From IMG/VR virus record IMGVR_UViG_3300027798_000093, positions 1 to 40,920 of that record: a stretch of 40,920 nucleotides of DNA, one strand, 5' to 3'. The translations under genes and the position numbers were made by a program. Shown one piece after another: positions 6,496 to 15,944 of this stretch; position 1 is the first letter of the stretch, and the number at the start of each line of letters is the position of its first letter. This stretch comes from a virus (taxonomy: Duplodnaviria > Caudoviricetes). The notes under the pieces are model-generated. The model was given only the letters and a program-made list of their open reading frames with translations, had not been told where the DNA came from and did not search any database.

Positions 6496-6915
6496 TTATC
6501 TTGACGGTAACTTCCAAGCTGGTGCTATCGGGCCTTCATCCGGTATGGTAAAAGCACCAGCTTGCTTATCTCCAGGCCGATATGCTTTATGTGCTTGATC
6601 CTGTTGTTGATCCATATGCTGTCTTTGTTTGATTCGATCCTGTACCCATTTTGGCAAGCTGACTATGGGCAACTGCTTGTTCACAGCACGTATGATCTGA
6701 TCCATATTGGGATTTTCCACCTGTACCAAAGGCTTCACAGCTTGTGCTATACGATCGTATATGCCTTTGTACTGCTTGTAAGCACTTGTAGCTGTGTAAG
6801 GACTGTTGGTTTGTATCAGTTCCACAACGTCCATGCCCATGTAGTGTCTAATCACTTCAGTCATACGAGCGTCTGTTAGTATGGGATCTACAGAGGTTAT
6901 TTCGTACAAGCGCAT
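6496..6915 (-). CDS. hypothetical protein
   Basis: Start moved to ATG 6915 (MRLYEI), 4 nt downstream of TATAAATA. Confidence 0.7.
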   Translation of the reverse strand: MRLYEITSVDPILTDARMTEVIRHYMGMDVVELIQTNSPYTATSAYKQYKGIYDRIAQAVKPLVQVENPNMDQIIRAVNKQLPIVSLPKWVQDRIKQRQHMDQQQDQAHKAYRPGDKQAGAFTIPDEGPIAPAWKLPSR

Positions 6916-6919
6916 GGAA

Positions 6920-6927
6920 TATTTATA
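6920..6927 (-). promoter_or_regulatory. T4-type late promoter
   Basis: Exact TATAAATA on the - strand. Confidence 0.7.
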
Positions 6928-7222
6928 CAGGAATTCCCCATGCTGAACTACTGTTCTCACCCACGGCTATTACACAGGCTGTTATACTAGTGTATTCAAC
7001 CAATGTCCACGAGCCAGTAGTCAAGTTAACTGTGAGTACTACGCTGGTACCTTGTTGCGGGTTTTGACCTCGCCATTGCGGAGTTTCTTTAAATTCTTCA
7101 ACTAGGGTTCTAAACACTGTGGCCGTTGCATCACACACAACTGGCTTGTTCAGTGTGCGTGATTGCGCTGACACTGTGGAGATCACAGCAAACAGCGCCA
7201 GGCAAGTTAAAAACTTCTTCAT
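6923..7222 (-). CDS. secreted/periplasmic hypothetical protein
   Basis: Signal peptide MKKFLTCLALFAVISTVSA; two Cys in the mature part; TAAATA 4 nt upstream. Confidence 0.75.
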   Translation of the reverse strand: MKKFLTCLALFAVISTVSAQSRTLNKPVVCDATATVFRTLVEEFKETPQWRGQNPQQGTSVVLTVNLTTGSWTLVEYTSITACVIAVGENSSSAWGIPV

Positions 7223-7357
7223 ATGGTATTTAAGTATCTAGTGGATTTTTTTACCGCTCAGCTACTTCGTAGCTATAAAAATTTTTGCGCTGGCGCTTCG
7301 CGATAAGTACATGATGCGCTGCCGCGGATAAATATTACATATTGAGGACATTACAAA

Positions 7358-7540
7358 ATGGCAACATACACCTTTCGAGCAACATCAACAACAGCAAGCG
7401 GAGTTACTACTTTAGACCACATTGGAGAGTATGACACGCTGGAACTTGCACAAGCATATATTACAGAATGGTCCACAGCACTTAATTCAGCTAGTTATGG
7501 CGGTGGCACGTGGACAGTTGGTATTGTAAACCCGGAATAA
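7358..7540 (+). CDS. small hypothetical protein (paralogue family, member 1)
   Basis: TAAATA and GAGGA upstream; pattern shared with 7853-8113 and 8212-8409. Confidence 0.7.
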   Translation: MATYTFRATSTTASGVTTLDHIGEYDTLELAQAYITEWSTALNSASYGGGTWTVGIVNPE

Positions 7541-7560
7541 TATATTTGCGTTAGACGGGT

Positions 7561-7821
7561 CTATGCCCACTGTAATAAGAATAAGGTTTTATAGCGTTCA
7601 CGTTTGAAAGCTATGCAGGCCTGCCAGTAGTCCGCACTAGTACCATTATGATAGGCCCATTCTGAGTAATGACTGCCTATATATTGGTTCAGCCACAATT
7701 CCATCATGTCCACAGCAGTGATCCAATCCAGTTGATTGTGCTGGGTGAATATCATAGGCCAGTGAGCCGTGGCTATATGCTCAAAATTGTGTAGATCTGG
7801 TAAGTAGTAACTTCTCGGCAT
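7561..7821 (-). CDS. hypothetical protein
   Basis: 86 aa, Trp-rich, ending FKRERYKTLFLLQWA. Confidence 0.7.
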   Translation of the reverse strand: MPRSYYLPDLHNFEHIATAHWPMIFTQHNQLDWITAVDMMELWLNQYIGSHYSEWAYHNGTSADYWQACIAFKRERYKTLFLLQWA

Positions 7822-7852
7822 TGAAGTTTACGGGTGCGTTTATCTGGTTTGT

Positions 7853-8113
7853 TTAGCCCGGAACACCGCGTCGTTTGACCACTGCATTTTTGCGATCGTA
7901 AGGGCTTGTGCTTTTAAGTGATGCAATGCTGGTAGTTTCATCGTAGTATTCAACATAGCCAGTCCATGGTCCGCCAGACCCCCTTGTTTCGGCAAACAGC
8001 TCTGCTATCTGTTGCGCATTTGCTCTGTCAGTAATAACTTGAGCATTGGGATTCTGATCTATACGGGTCACTGAGTTACCTTGTTTGTTACGTGCTTTTA
8101 TTCTGTATGGCAT
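7853..8113 (-). CDS. small hypothetical protein (paralogue family, member 2)
   Basis: TAAATA(8138-8133) and GAGGA RBS. Confidence 0.75.
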   Translation of the reverse strand: MPYRIKARNKQGNSVTRIDQNPNAQVITDRANAQQIAELFAETRGSGGPWTGYVEYYDETTSIASLKSTSPYDRKNAVVKRRGVPG

Positions 8114-8211
8114 GATTTGATCCTCTATTGAGTATTTATTAGTCTAGGCACTGCTGTCAGAACTTGTATTAGCCGGGATCATCTAAATAAATACACAATA
8201 GAGGATATCAT

Positions 8212-8409
8212 ATGCCACGTTTTTCAATCCAAGCAACAAGTCCCACAGCAGGATACACTGTTAATCGTTACTCTACACCCGACGGTACTGACACTGTGTT
8301 TAAGAATCAATTGGCTGCGGAACAGGCGGCCGCCATATGGGTCGCTACCTTGAACGAAGCTAAATTCAGCGAAACTGATGATTGGGCTGTTGTTGTAGCC
8401 CGGGGCTAG
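8212..8409 (+). CDS. small hypothetical protein (paralogue family, member 3)
   Basis: TAAATA and GAGGA RBS; leader is an inverted near-copy of the 8113 gene leader. Confidence 0.75.
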   Translation: MPRFSIQATSPTAGYTVNRYSTPDGTDTVFKNQLAAEQAAAIWVATLNEAKFSETDDWAVVVARG

Positions 8410-8414
8410 AGTTA

Positions 8415-9887
8415 TTACCAGCTGATAATGTAACTGTTGCCCGTTGCCCCGATAGACTCAGGGCCTGTGTACACAGGTATAGGTGGTACTAGATTACTGG
8501 CAGTTGTATCACCCACAACAGTCATGTAGCCAATTTCACTGGTGGTATCTATAGCATTGCCGCCCACAGTTTGACTGATAACAACATGGGTCGCATCGGG
8601 TACGCTGTGAATATAGTAAGTTTGCCCACTGCTGACTCCCCCGAATGTACCGCCGGCCTGCGCACTCATAACAACAGTAGAATCATCAGTCCACGTTTCA
8701 ACGGCGCCTCCGGAATTGTCGTTTCTCACAGTTAATATGCCGCCTGCGGCATTGGCCACATAGTAGGTCTTGTAGGGAGTAATTCCGCCTAGGCTTGATC
8801 CTAAAAACCGCACAGTCATTCCGGGATATAAACCATCAGTAGAATCAACAGCGATATTGCCATTGGTAAACGTTTGATATGCACGGGTTTCTGCTCTAGT
8901 ACCCGTAAAAGTTATTTTACCATTGGCCACCATACCTTGGCTGTTGCCCACAGTAAACCAAAAAGAACTTATGGTTCCGCTGGCAAATGATTGCGCATTA
9001 TTGACTTCATAGTATCCCACTCCACCGCTTTGACCGGTTGGTCGTACAGTGCCTGCCACAGTGGGCGCGGCGGGTGCGGTCCAAGTATTGTCGGGCGTAA
9101 CTTGGAATTGGGTAGCATCGATGGCTCCTGATATAACCCATGATCTATTGTAATGACCGTCAGGTTGCCCTGATATGACCACTGTCATTCCCTTGGTATA
9201 GCCGCCAGTGGCCGCGGTGTATACTGTAAATATTGGAAAAGTAACATTGGTTGGGCCAGTGCCGTTGGCGGTCAAACTCATAGTAATGGTTGCGGCATCT
9301 ACATTAAAGTCCGATACTATTGCTCCCACTCGTACATTAGTGCCGGTTAATTTTGCACCTACAGCCACATTGTCAAAATTATCCACACTTGTAAGAATAT
9401 AACTGCCCGTAGTGGCAGTGGCGCCGAACTGTTTAGTCTGTACAGTTCCACCGGTGATATTAACTGAATAAGAAGGTGTTATGCTAGTTATATAAGTGCC
9501 AGCACTTATACCGGAGCCTGTAATAGGAATTCCCTGTGATAGACCAAGATCAGCGGCCACAGTTACAATTAATAAATTTCCACTGCCGCTTGACCCATTA
9601 CCAATTGATCCAGTTACTGTTATACCTGTTGAGTTGGTCGCATACGTTTCGACACTGGTTGGCAGTGCTGGACTAATGCCAAATCCTTGATCTTGTACGA
9701 TTGGCGAAAACTCTTCGAATTGAGTATCGAGTAATTGAACATTTAAATAAAATAAGCCATTCCCAGCTGCCGCCCATATTTTGTCAAATATTACTGCATA
9801 CTTGTCTAAAATTTGAGGTGTTGTTAACGGTACGGGTTGATTTGCCAATGCCCGTGTGTGTGAATCTGCGGCGGTACGTGTTGTCAT
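8415..9887 (-). CDS. putative virion structural/fibre protein
   Basis: 490 aa, Gly/Thr/Ser-rich; repeated GGITPYKTYYV / GGVSSGQTYYI modules; TAAATA at 9910-9905. Confidence 0.65.
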   Translation of the reverse strand: MTTRTAADSHTRALANQPVPLTTPQILDKYAVIFDKIWAAAGNGLFYLNVQLLDTQFEEFSPIVQDQGFGISPALPTSVETYATNSTGITVTGSIGNGSSGSGNLLIVTVAADLGLSQGIPITGSGISAGTYITSITPSYSVNITGGTVQTKQFGATATTGSYILTSVDNFDNVAVGAKLTGTNVRVGAIVSDFNVDAATITMSLTANGTGPTNVTFPIFTVYTAATGGYTKGMTVVISGQPDGHYNRSWVISGAIDATQFQVTPDNTWTAPAAPTVAGTVRPTGQSGGVGYYEVNNAQSFASGTISSFWFTVGNSQGMVANGKITFTGTRAETRAYQTFTNGNIAVDSTDGLYPGMTVRFLGSSLGGITPYKTYYVANAAGGILTVRNDNSGGAVETWTDDSTVVMSAQAGGTFGGVSSGQTYYIHSVPDATHVVISQTVGGNAIDTTSEIGYMTVVGDTTASNLVPPIPVYTGPESIGATGNSYIISW

Positions 9888-9933
9888 GTTTCAATCCTTT
9901 AGGGTATTTATCTCGGATTTAACACCGGCAAAA

Positions 9934-10380
9934 TTACTCGGGCTTGCTATAATATTTGTAGTTCACGCTGTCAGTATTTTCTCTATGTACGCTGGCGCCG
10001 TTCTTCAAGTGGAACTTACGTGCCATTTCTGTTTGGGGACTTAGTGTAACGATAGCTTTTAAATCTTTAAACTCGCTCTTTAACCACTTGGCCGCTTCTT
10101 GTAACAAACTTGCGCCAGCACCTGGGCTATAACTCCAAATGGTATAGAATACAGCTACATCTTTAGTGTGTCCCATTTCAACTAGGTCGTTTTCGTTTTC
10201 GGGAATCTCACTTAGCCATTGCATACATGTGGCGGCCAGTATTTCTTCACCGGCTTTGAGAATTAGTATTTCTGCGGCATCATTAATTCGTTGATCTAAT
10301 GGAATGTGCGGACGAACGGGATCATCCTTGATAACTCTAACTAGGGGATCTGTGATGTCCCTGATGTGATGCAATTCCAT
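9934..10380 (-). CDS. GNAT-fold protein (acetyltransferase / malonyl-CoA decarboxylase-like)
   Basis: AVFYTIWSYSPGAGASLL, IVTLSP, ARKFHLKNG match the GNAT motif A/B layout. Confidence 0.55.
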   Translation of the reverse strand: MELHHIRDITDPLVRVIKDDPVRPHIPLDQRINDAAEILILKAGEEILAATCMQWLSEIPENENDLVEMGHTKDVAVFYTIWSYSPGAGASLLQEAAKWLKSEFKDLKAIVTLSPQTEMARKFHLKNGASVHRENTDSVNYKYYSKPE

Positions 10381-10443
10381 TTTTTAATGTTCCTATAATA
10401 TACGTACTTATCATTTTATTAAAAAAGTAGTATTACACTACGA

Positions 10444-11871
10444 TTAAATATCATCGCCTGGTAAATTATTCAGCAGTTCTCTTAATTTACTGCTTTCAAC
10501 TTTTGCCTGAACCTTTGGAACTGCGATACCCGATGTTGGATTTATTTCTCCGGTATTCGGATCTACAGTTTGTCTAGCTTTAATACTGTTGAGCAGGGTG
10601 CTACCTGCACTTTGACTACCACTGCCATAACTGTCTTCTTCTGCAAGATCAGTAATACGCAAACTGTCAATGTTAAATTCTAGATCAATCTTCATACCAA
10701 CACCGCTTGAGCTACGTGTTTTCATCAACTGGATTTGATAGCGACCACGTTCACGCATAGCACGACTGGTAAAGATACCGAACACGTTATCTGCTGTTTG
10801 GATCTTAGATAGTCCGCCTGAAATATGACTGTGATCAAACTCTACCTCTTCTACAGCACCACGATTCAACTGTGCGGCAGTAACGAATACACAGTTCTTT
10901 TCCATAGCCAAGTTACGCAGTTCTTCTGACACATATTTGTCTTTGACAAACAAGTTTTCTGCTGAAATCTTCTTGCCCATTGGCATTAACAAGTCCAAAT
11001 AGTCAACTAGCAATACGTCAACTTTACGTCCTAGTTTGATTTCATACTCTTTCAAATATGCACGAATGTCGTTGGTAGTCTTACCACTTGGCATGTACTT
11101 GATCTGATATGTACCAGACTTCTTACCAACCATCTTAACTTTCATTTCTACGTCATCTAAGTTTTTAAACACATCCTTAGTTGCCATTCCTGTTACCATT
11201 GCATCCATACGCATGGCAACAAGTTCTTCACTAAGTTCTAATGTTAAGTATACTACATTCATCCCCACTTGTGCAAAGTTAATACCTAAGTTAGCCAAGA
11301 ATAACGACTTACCTGCTCCTGATCCGCCTGCAAAAATATTAAGCTCGCCTCTGTTAAATCCACCAAACAATTTGTCGTCGACTGACTTCCATCCAGTAGA
11401 TACTTGTCCGTTTTTATCTTTAATCTTCATCAGTCGAGCACGTGGATCTAACCAATAGTCAGTGCCTAAGTCACGTTGCAATCCTACTTGTACTGCTTGT
11501 TTAATCTTTTCTTCTACTGATCCATACTCGCCTTTTTCCAGCAAGTCTGCACTTTCAAGAATGGCTTTTTCTAAACCTTTGTGGCGGGTAAAAGTTTCAA
11601 AGTCATTGAGCAACCAATCAAAGTGCTCTTCACGTAAGTCATGTGGAACTTTAAGATTTGTTCCAGTCGCCGCATTGATAATTTCTTCTGTAGGAACAAC
11701 TGAATGTTCCTCAATATACTGACTCATAAACTCAGCCGCAGTCTGTAGTTTACGATCAAATAATGTGTGATCAAATATACCTTGGCATCTACTAAATGTT
11801 GCGGCATCTGCCAGCATCATTTCTAAATAAACTTTTTGTATGTCGTAACCGTAATCTGTATTTTGTTTCAT
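10444..11871 (-). CDS. gp41: DnaB-like replicative helicase (T4 gp41-like)
   Basis: GGSGAGKS, LTLELSE, LLVDYLDL, TAAQLNR, MKTR. Confidence 0.93.
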   Translation of the reverse strand: MKQNTDYGYDIQKVYLEMMLADAATFSRCQGIFDHTLFDRKLQTAAEFMSQYIEEHSVVPTEEIINAATGTNLKVPHDLREEHFDWLLNDFETFTRHKGLEKAILESADLLEKGEYGSVEEKIKQAVQVGLQRDLGTDYWLDPRARLMKIKDKNGQVSTGWKSVDDKLFGGFNRGELNIFAGGSGAGKSLFLANLGINFAQVGMNVVYLTLELSEELVAMRMDAMVTGMATKDVFKNLDDVEMKVKMVGKKSGTYQIKYMPSGKTTNDIRAYLKEYEIKLGRKVDVLLVDYLDLLMPMGKKISAENLFVKDKYVSEELRNLAMEKNCVFVTAAQLNRGAVEEVEFDHSHISGGLSKIQTADNVFGIFTSRAMRERGRYQIQLMKTRSSSGVGMKIDLEFNIDSLRITDLAEEDSYGSGSQSAGSTLLNSIKARQTVDPNTGEINPTSGIAVPKVQAKVESSKLRELLNNLPGDDI

Positions 11872-11888
11872 ATAGTCTATTATAACAC

Positions 11889-13373
11889 CTAGTTAAACAC
11901 TTTAACACCGTATTGATGTTCAAAGTTTTTTGCATCTGCATGATCATTTACCATCGGCTTTCCTTTAATATTTAAACTAGTATTAAGTAACATTGGACAT
12001 CCTGTTTCTTTATACCATTCTTCTAAGAGCAGTCTAAACGGACTTCCATCGTCCGGTACAGTTTGTACACGGCTAGTTCCATCACGATGAATGATAGCAG
12101 GATAGTGGTTAGGATGTCTGCAACGAGCAATGACCTGCATATATCTACTAGTATCCCAACCATTAGGCATATCAAAGTACATGTCAACATGCTCTTCGAG
12201 TATTGCCGGAGCAAATGGTCTAAATTGTTGTCGTTGTTTAATTGCATTTACGGTATCCTTGATATCTTCACCGCGTGGGTCTGCTAGTAAACTTCTATTA
12301 CCCAATGCACGTGGGCCAAACTCTGCAGGCCCTCTTGCTAGTCCACAAATCTTATCTGTTACTAGATAATTAACAATTTCTGCGTTAGTTGACTTTGATC
12401 CCATATCATAACCTAAATACGGAGTAAACTCTTTAGGATCAATAGCCCAGCTTGGATTCTTTGCCAATACTGCACCGATAGCACTACCAGCATCGCCGGG
12501 GTTAGGCATGATCCATGTAGTATCAAAATACTTGCCAGTTAGTCTATTAGCACTACAATTTAACGCACACCCGCCCATTAGAACTAGCTTGCGTGAGCCG
12601 GTTAAACTTACTGCTTGTTGTAGTACACGTTCGAAAGCCATTTCATATACTACCTGTGTAGCGGCCGCTATATCAAATGTGTCATTGACTATCAAGTCTG
12701 GGCGCCAGTCAGTGCATCCTCGATGCAAGTTCTTCTTAATTCTAAATGGGTGTTGATAATCATCGTTGGGTAAATGTACAAAGTCATCGAGTATATCTCT
12801 AGTGAGTTTGTCAGCATTGCCGTAGGCCGCCATCCCCATTAGAATGTATTCATCTTCGTTAGGTTTTAAGTGGCAACGCTGGGTCATTGCACTATAAAAT
12901 AATCCTAAACTATTTGGATATTCTAACGTAGTTAGTTTTCTTAATACTTTTCCGTTGCCTTCCCAAACACTATATGTTGTAAATTCTCCAATAGCATCTA
13001 ATACTACTACACACGCATTATCGAATCCACTGGTGTAATAACCTGCTGCCGCATGACTCTTATGATGGTCTACATAAGTTATTGGTGCAACAATATTCCA
13101 ACGTTGAAGATATTCTTTGATATTATTATCTTTCCATTTCCATCCTTGGCCAGCAAATAACTGCCGAGCAGTTTTAAAATATGGATTTTCATACCAATAT
13201 ATTTGATCAGGATGTCCCCATTTGCCTGCATAACTTACTAGTTCATTGCACAAGTCACGATCATTCTTTTTTCCGCTGAACCGCTCACTATGACTGGCAA
13301 ATACTAATTTGCCATCATCAAATACTGCCAGCGCCGCATCATGGCTGTTTGCCGATATTCCCCAAGTGATCAT
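11889..13373 (-). CDS. carbamoyltransferase, NodU/CmcH family
   Basis: HDAALA, SERFS, HHKSHAA, DAIGE, GGCALN, PGDAGSAIGA, EFGPRALGNRS, FRPFAP, LLNTSLN. Confidence 0.93.
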   Translation of the reverse strand: MITWGISANSHDAALAVFDDGKLVFASHSERFSGKKNDRDLCNELVSYAGKWGHPDQIYWYENPYFKTARQLFAGQGWKWKDNNIKEYLQRWNIVAPITYVDHHKSHAAAGYYTSGFDNACVVVLDAIGEFTTYSVWEGNGKVLRKLTTLEYPNSLGLFYSAMTQRCHLKPNEDEYILMGMAAYGNADKLTRDILDDFVHLPNDDYQHPFRIKKNLHRGCTDWRPDLIVNDTFDIAAATQVVYEMAFERVLQQAVSLTGSRKLVLMGGCALNCSANRLTGKYFDTTWIMPNPGDAGSAIGAVLAKNPSWAIDPKEFTPYLGYDMGSKSTNAEIVNYLVTDKICGLARGPAEFGPRALGNRSLLADPRGEDIKDTVNAIKQRQQFRPFAPAILEEHVDMYFDMPNGWDTSRYMQVIARCRHPNHYPAIIHRDGTSRVQTVPDDGSPFRLLLEEWYKETGCPMLLNTSLNIKGKPMVNDHADAKNFEHQYGVKVFN

Positions 13374-13483
13374 TTGTAGATAAATGGATCACGTTTGCGT
13401 AATTCTTCAAGACGCTTTTTATAAGCTCTGTGTTCTTGCCATTTAGTGTATGGCCATAATATAAAATCAATTATTTTTTTCAT
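13370..13483 (-). CDS. small basic protein (37 aa, not in ORF track)
   Basis: Hand translation MKKIIDFILWPYTKWQEHRAYKKRLEELRKRDPFIYK; ATGA overlaps with both primase and carbamoyltransferase. Confidence 0.75.
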   Translation of the reverse strand: MKKIIDFILWPYTKWQEHRAYKKRLEELRKRDPFIYK

Positions 13484-14448
13484 TCTATTTCCTTAAACCA
13501 TTGTTTAGCTCTAAGTCTTATTTTTAATGCATTTGATTCTTTCGCATTTATAATTAGGTATAGTGTTGCTAGTCTACCTAACTTTACTACAGCATCATTT
13601 ACATCCTTAACCCCCGCAGGCCAATCAGGCATACTAATTGACCAACCGAACTCGATTGCTTGTTCTACAGTTTTAGGGCCTTCATGATCTTTATCTGGTA
13701 CTAGTACCAGTTCTTTTCCTAGTTGCTTGAGTAGCCAGTTTTGACTGTCTTTAATCTCAGCGCCTAACAATGCACAAGCATCAATACTTATCGCATCAAA
13801 AGGTCCTTCACAAACGATTGCGAATTCTCTATTGCGTTGATTATCTAAATTAAACACATAGCCAGGTTGTTGCTCAGATATGTATTTAGGTTTAGCATCG
13901 TTAATAGCTCTAGCGGTGTATCCCACACAGGCTCCGTCTTTATAAAACGGCACTATTACACGATTACTAAATCCAACTTTTGGAGTCCAATAGAACGGAT
14001 AGTCTTCTAATGATAAGTTTCTTCCTACTAGATATTCTAATACAGGCATTAGTTTTTCCGGTGGATTATCTAAGTAACTAGTAATTAATTCACTGTCTAT
14101 TGGTAATGCTCTTTCATCAAACTTTGGTATAATACTTTGTATTACTACGTTTGAGTTGTCATTTAGCCTTAATGCTTCTAAACGTATTTGACTGATAACA
14201 TCATCAGGCATGTTTAGGTCACGCATGAACTTTGACATCTTTTGACTTATGGGTCTGCCGGGTTGCCATGAACATTTAAATTGGCAATTAAAACAGTGAT
14301 AGCTAACAGCATCGCCTGCATTAACTATGAACCCGCCACGCTGTCTTTTATCGTCACAGCAGGGCGCATTAAAACTTATCCAACCACTCGGAGTATGTTT
14401 TCGTTTCGAAGGTAGATATTGTAGTAATGTATCGGCTATGAGACTCAT
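13480..14448 (-). CDS. gp61: DNA primase (T4 gp61-like)
   Basis: N-terminal Zn ribbon (APCC..HCFNC), GYTAR, PKY, TOPRIM VCEGPFDA, PDKD, KDVND. Confidence 0.9.
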   Translation of the reverse strand: MSLIADTLLQYLPSKRKHTPSGWISFNAPCCDDKRQRGGFIVNAGDAVSYHCFNCQFKCSWQPGRPISQKMSKFMRDLNMPDDVISQIRLEALRLNDNSNVVIQSIIPKFDERALPIDSELITSYLDNPPEKLMPVLEYLVGRNLSLEDYPFYWTPKVGFSNRVIVPFYKDGACVGYTARAINDAKPKYISEQQPGYVFNLDNQRNREFAIVCEGPFDAISIDACALLGAEIKDSQNWLLKQLGKELVLVPDKDHEGPKTVEQAIEFGWSISMPDWPAGVKDVNDAVVKLGRLATLYLIINAKESNALKIRLRAKQWFKEIE

Positions 14449-14454
14449 AGCACT

Positions 14455-14484
14455 ATTATACTTAACTTACTATGATGCTGTCAA
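14455..14484 (-). promoter_or_regulatory. sigma70-type promoter of primase
   Basis: TTGACA(14484-14479)-N18-TATAAT(14460-14455), 6 nt before the ATG. Confidence 0.7.
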
Positions 14485-15544
14485 CCGTTCCGGTATAATT
14501 AGTTCCAGTAACTATGTAAGTGTGTGAACCAACGGCAGAAACTCCGGATCCAACTACACCGATTACCGAACTAATAGCATAACTAGATGCGCCGCCACCT
14601 TGATTGTCCAATTGATTCACGGTGATGCGTAAATCATTTATTCCATCAGTGCCGCCCAATAAGCTGCCTAACACAACTATTTGGCTACCAACAGCATAGC
14701 CAGTACCGCCCGATCTTACCCCAACAATATAACTGCCTTCGTTTTGTGTAACTGAAAAACTAGCACCAGCACCATTAGACAATGGTGTAGTATACGATAC
14801 TCTAAAATATTTAGAGTTGCCTATTACGTTATCTAGGCTTTGCCATGAACCTGTAAAATTTTCAAAAGAATAGGAATCTACATAAGGTCCTTTTTTCCAT
14901 GCTTCTACACTAATCGTACTTTGCTGTGTAGATTCAACCCATACACTTCCAGTAAAACCTTTTAGTACAACTTCAAATGATAATGTTTCTGTTGGAGTTG
15001 CTTCATAAAATGTAGCAGGAATCGCACTTGAATGGTATGTTGGATGTCCTTTAAGATCGATCTCGGCAGTAAAATCAGTGTATACCCTGTCGTCACGGAA
15101 CACCGGCATAGCGTTGCCGACTAGTTCCATTTTGCCCACTGCTCCGAATCTACTATCACCGTACAGAATAACATCGTTGCCATCTTTGTTTGCTGTAACG
15201 CTATAATTTAAATACTGACTTGATAATTCAACTAAATCTTCTTGTGGAATGGTAACTGTTGCTAAACCTTTGAGGGATGTTTGATTTAGTGGAGTAATTA
15301 TGTAAGGGCTGTTCAATAACCCGTGACCGCTTGCATCCATAAGATTAAGCTCGATATTAGAAAGCGTATTTAAATCAATACGTTTTTGATCGGCGTTCTT
15401 AATATCAAACTCTATAGTGTTATCTATACCGTTGTAAATTTTTATTGTTCTCTGATACACGTTTGTATACTCCGTTGTAAATCCTGCCAGATCGGCTAAC
15501 AGTTCAATCCTATTTGGATATAAATAACTTGAAATTTTTTGCAT
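14462..15544 (-). CDS. putative virion structural protein
   Basis: Start moved to ATG 15544 (MQKISSY) after TAAATA and AAAGGA; beta-rich with GGTGYAVG..LGGTDG. Confidence 0.65.
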   Translation of the reverse strand: MQKISSYLYPNRIELLADLAGFTTEYTNVYQRTIKIYNGIDNTIEFDIKNADQKRIDLNTLSNIELNLMDASGHGLLNSPYIITPLNQTSLKGLATVTIPQEDLVELSSQYLNYSVTANKDGNDVILYGDSRFGAVGKMELVGNAMPVFRDDRVYTDFTAEIDLKGHPTYHSSAIPATFYEATPTETLSFEVVLKGFTGSVWVESTQQSTISVEAWKKGPYVDSYSFENFTGSWQSLDNVIGNSKYFRVSYTTPLSNGAGASFSVTQNEGSYIVGVRSGGTGYAVGSQIVVLGSLLGGTDGINDLRITVNQLDNQGGGASSYAISSVIGVVGSGVSAVGSHTYIVTGTNYTGTVDSIIVS

Positions 15545-15569
15545 CGACAAGGATCCTTTAATAGTATTT

Positions 15570-15944
15570 ATGGCAAAACTAAGAGACAATATAGAACAAA
15601 ATTTACCCTTTATCAGCGTGATTAATTACGGTGTAGAAGAATACGTTGGTATCATTATAAATCAAGATCAGTTTGTAACTAGTTTTTATGATTTAAATGC
15701 TATTAAAACTTCAGACGAGCGGACTCTATTTTTAGAAATAGGAGAAACTTGGTGGTGGGAAAGCAACCGTCAATTCCCCATTAACATATTTTGTCGTGAA
15801 CAAATATCACCCTTTCATTATGCCATTAGAACATTTAACAGTAAAGATGTCCGTGTTATTCTTGGACCTGTGGTTAATTTAATGAACTTAACCTTAAAAC
15901 GTGTCAAACGTAAAAGTGTACAGTTAGTACGAAAAACCCGTTAG
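15570..15944 (+). CDS. hypothetical protein
   Basis: 124 aa with WWWESNR and a basic C-terminus; TATAAATA at 15519-15526. Confidence 0.75.
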   Translation: MAKLRDNIEQNLPFISVINYGVEEYVGIIINQDQFVTSFYDLNAIKTSDERTLFLEIGETWWWESNRQFPINIFCREQISPFHYAIRTFNSKDVRVILGPVVNLMNLTLKRVKRKSVQLVRKTR

